From Azolla caroliniana (lineage: Eukaryota; Plantae; Polypodiophyta): a stretch of 64,000 bases of DNA. The DNA is taken from positions 18,600,001 through 18,664,000 of the forward strand of contig JBHGNT010000004.1 in assembly GCA_043228905.1 (NCBI GenBank). Reading direction: 5' to 3'. The notes beneath the pieces are model-generated. The model had not been told where the DNA came from. It did no database searches and saw nothing but the letters and a program-made list of their open reading frames with translations. The translations under genes and the position numbers were made by a program. Positions 60,951-64,000 of the stretch are shown piece after piece; the stretch's first letter is position 1, and every line of letters starts with the position of its first letter.

Positions 60951-61943
60951 TGTTACAGGCATGACCATTTAATATCCCGTGGTGAGAATTTACCGTAGTA
61001 TTCTATACACGTGGATAAGTGTGAGGGTTAAACGAGAGTGTAAATAAGGGGAGGATTACTTTTAATCCTCGGGATTGAGACAACCCATTAGGTCAAGTGT
61101 GAACTTGCCTAGGGGCCTTGGGTATAGCTATAAATAAGAGGCCTAGCTACCCTCATTTGATCATCTTTTGACTACATCGAGACCCTGCTCTTGTGGTGGG
61201 TCAACTCTTGTAGCGAGCGCGCCAGCACCAGGTATGACTCGACGCCACGGCGGTGGTATGGGACGCCAATCGAGGCTCGAGTCCGTCTCAATCCCTTCGC
61301 TCGGGGGTGGTCGGGTGGATCGGCACCCTTGTTTCTCTTTCTCCTTTCTATCTATCATTACTTTATCCTAATCTTAAGCTTACTTTAGTACCTAGATCTC
61401 TAATATTGATCGACCCGAGGGCATCGCACAACTCCTTGATCTTCAAGGCATAGTTGCTTATTGACATGTCCCTTTGTTGAATGTCATTCAACTCCTGACG
61501 AAGCTAGAGCTTGCGGGCAGTCATATTGGCCGCGAAGATCTTCTTAAGATTGCCCCACACTTCTTTCGGCGTTTTCTCCTCTCAAATATAGCCAAGCATG
61601 TGATCATGTACGCATGATGCAAGGCAATACAACACACGGCTTGGGGCGTGCTCCCACGCTGGGTAGTCGGCATGTGTCGGGTTGGGTTGTGTTTCTTGAG
61701 CTCCTTCAATATAGCTCCAGTATCCTTGTCTGACAAGGTACTAATGCATCTTGTACTCCCAAGATGTGAAGTTTGTCCTGTCGAGCTTCTCCATAGGAAG
61801 AGCGCTTCCCATCTGAGTATTCATGGTGATTTCTTCTCTGTTTCTTTGGTCTGTGTGAATGTTGCGCAATGATTAGCCGGCTCTTCGTGAACACGTTTCT
61901 TCGGTTTGGGCTTGGATCAAGCTACCACGCGCTCTGATACCAT

Positions 61944-62194
61944 AGTAAAGAAATGAGACTAATTGTATGCAGCAGGACTGTGTGTGTTATGCAACAAAGA
62001 GAAAAGAGAGAGAAAGTTATTAACCAAGAAGATTGTATATTATCATCCAACAGTAACAAAGTTACAAAATGTTGGTTTAAATACCAACTAAACTAGGGCA
62101 AGGGCCCTTTCTACTATTTACAAGACTAGCCTGGTATGTCCATGAGCTTAGTGTGAAACCTATTTCTATGGGAAGTTGAGTTTGATTCTCAACA
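61944..62194 (-). repeat. 5' LTR of copia A
   Basis: Matches 17458..17709; followed by TSD TAAAT. Confidence 0.92.
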
Positions 62195-62930
62195 TAAATA
62201 AGTAAAACACATGCACTATAGAACATCACAATCTTGACAAAATATTTGTGGGAAACCCATTTTTCTTGATTAAGTTCCCTATGTTCCCACTCTCAAACTT
62301 TCACGCCCTTCTCATGGGTAATCACGATGCGCCCACTTTCATACCCTTCTCACGAACATTTGCAACATTGCAAAAGTCATCAATCAAAGTTGCTCAAAGG
62401 CAACACAACTACATATGTACGTGAACAAGAGTAAGAATAATACCAAAAGTTTTGACAATGGAACATTGTTATCATGATCCTAATCGTGTATATGTGCAAC
62501 ATATCTCCTCTTGTCTCTATTGTATATCCACGTATACACATCTAATTGGTTTTTGGCATAACCAATTTATCTTGTGTAGGTAAGAGTAAACTACAATCAT
62601 TATATTGGTTTTTTACTTACATAAGGTTTTCATTGAGTACAAGACATGATAGAGCGTTGGTCAAGGGATTTGCACCCTCCTTCCAAATGAAAATTGAAGT
62701 AGGAAATCATCTTAAGAATGTGATATTTCACAAACCTTGAACTATATTGACAATTAGTGGAAAGGAAGTAGTGGAAAACTATATCTCTACTGAAAGGAAG
62801 TACTGGAAAACTATTGTCGCCCTCGTCTATGGGTGTTTTGCTCTCTCAAAGTTTCTCCTCTTCATTTGTTGTCTGTGCATTCAGACCCTTGAGAAGAACT
62901 GTAGTTCTCTGCTCCATCGACTTACAATAG

Positions 62931-64000
62931 TGGTAACAGAGCGTTGGGAAACCGCAATAGGGAGCCTGGGAGAATGGAGCCACTTGGTTGAAGCATTGAT
63001 CTATTGTTGGGCCTATTTAGCATTTCTTTTTCTTTCGACGGGAAGAAAATAACCTGTTATCCACAGGTATTCCTTTGATTCAAACTCTCATGCTTGTTCA
63101 ACATATTTTTCAATGGACATAAATTGTGGTGGGAGACCTCACTATTTTGGCAGCGAATTGGAATCAATGTGGAGGCATAGTCGATGCCTACAACTTGATA
63201 TTTTAGAAATATATGCTAACGGTAGTTGATATTTGGAAGGTGTATCCATAGTGGTGCATGTTATATGCAGCACTCATTGGTATCACTTTGATATTTATGG
63301 GCAATAAGTTGGTCAGTTGCTTGCTTCTATTATTCAGTTGAGAAGTTCTTGTGTTCAGTTGTGTTGAGAATCAAGATCAACCTAGTCCAATGTGTGAACA
63401 CACCTTTTGAGAATCTTAGAGCACTCAAAGGTCAAAGGTCACCACTACTTTCTACACATTAACTATGTGTCATAGAATCATATTCTATGACACATAACTA
63501 ATGAGTTCCATATTCCCCATAACTAATGACTTTCCACATTCCCCAAGGTTCTAGAGAGAGTGGGTGTTTTGGTGAGAGAGTGTAGAGAGAGGGTGACCTT
63601 ATATAGGGTTTAGGGTTTAGGGTTTACTCTAATCTATTCTGCTGCATAGAATCACACTCGATGCTTTACAAGTTGTTTGATATTATTGTTCACTCCCATG
63701 GAGTCAGAAACGTTGGATGTATCTAGTAGCACTTTTGTTGGTTGTAATAGTTCATGTAAGAACTATTTGTTTCTTGGAAAAGATCATATTGAGATCCACA
63801 AATTTGATGGATCTAATTTTGCTTTGTGGAAGAATTAAATGTGTGATGTATTGGTTCAAAGAAGGCAAACGAGGCCTCTAGGTGGCAAAGAAATGAAACC
63901 TAATGATATGGATGATGACGATGATGGGGAGGAACTTGATGTTGTGACCATGTCTACAATAAGACTACGCTTGACAGATCGTGTCTATTTCACTGTTTTA
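62931..64000 (+). mobile_element. Start of another degenerate copia: PBS-like site and gag N-terminus
   Basis: TGGTAACAGAGC at 62931 after ...TTACA; IEIHKFDGSNFALWKN*MCDVLVQ at ~63790..63860. Whether both belong to one element is uncertain. Confidence 0.65.

Larger units (their letters stand above)
40459..61405 (+). mobile_element. Element E: Ty3/gypsy chromovirus (Tekay/Reina-like, type II chromodomain); degenerate, holds F and the tandem duplication
   Basis: LTRs 40459..40913 and 60951..61405, TSD TTGAT, decayed iMet PBS TGGTATCAAATT, PPT AAAGAGGGGGGGAG. Confidence 0.93.
17458..62194 (-). mobile_element. Copia element A, outer host of the nest; degenerate
   Basis: LTRs 17458..17709 and ~61944..62194, TSD TAAAT, PBS TGGTATCAGAGC at 61942..61931. 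Coding pieces rejoin across the insertions: gag 61824..61406 + 40458..39780, PR 33851..33670, IN 26183..25531 + 19877..19400, RT/RH 19121..17860. Confidence 0.93.

Noticed and set aside
63604-63625. Telomere (TTTAGGG-like x3)
   Set aside because: Only about three units; a common interstitial telo-box.

Overview
Plant nuclear DNA, probably from a non-seed vascular plant such as a fern (inferred from the retroelement lineages). It contains one host gene, a three-exon, secreted L-gulonolactone-oxidase-like FAD oxidoreductase (10057..7921, minus strand). Beside it are a G/T-rich tandem-repeat array interrupted by a 5'-truncated LINE, a possible decayed hAT transposase, and a 44.7 kb nest of LTR retrotransposons. 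The nest resolves by LTR pairs and target-site duplications (TSDs). Outer copia A (17458..62194) carries a Tcn1/Sushi-like chromovirus B, a tRNA-Trp-primed gypsy C with a solo LTR inside it, copia D, and chromovirus E. E in turn holds a young intact copia F and an 8566-bp tandem duplication. Most notable signals: (i) antisense tRNA-like Pol III A/B boxes at canonical spacing in the U3 of three LTR families; (ii) a self-priming PBS with a compensatory base change between two chromovirus copies; (iii) a conserved -1 frameshift signal; (iv) an array of repeated hairpins in the leader of E; (v) the non-homologous 8.6 kb duplication, which creates a gag-less copia pol ORF. All coordinates were read by eye and may be off by a few bases.
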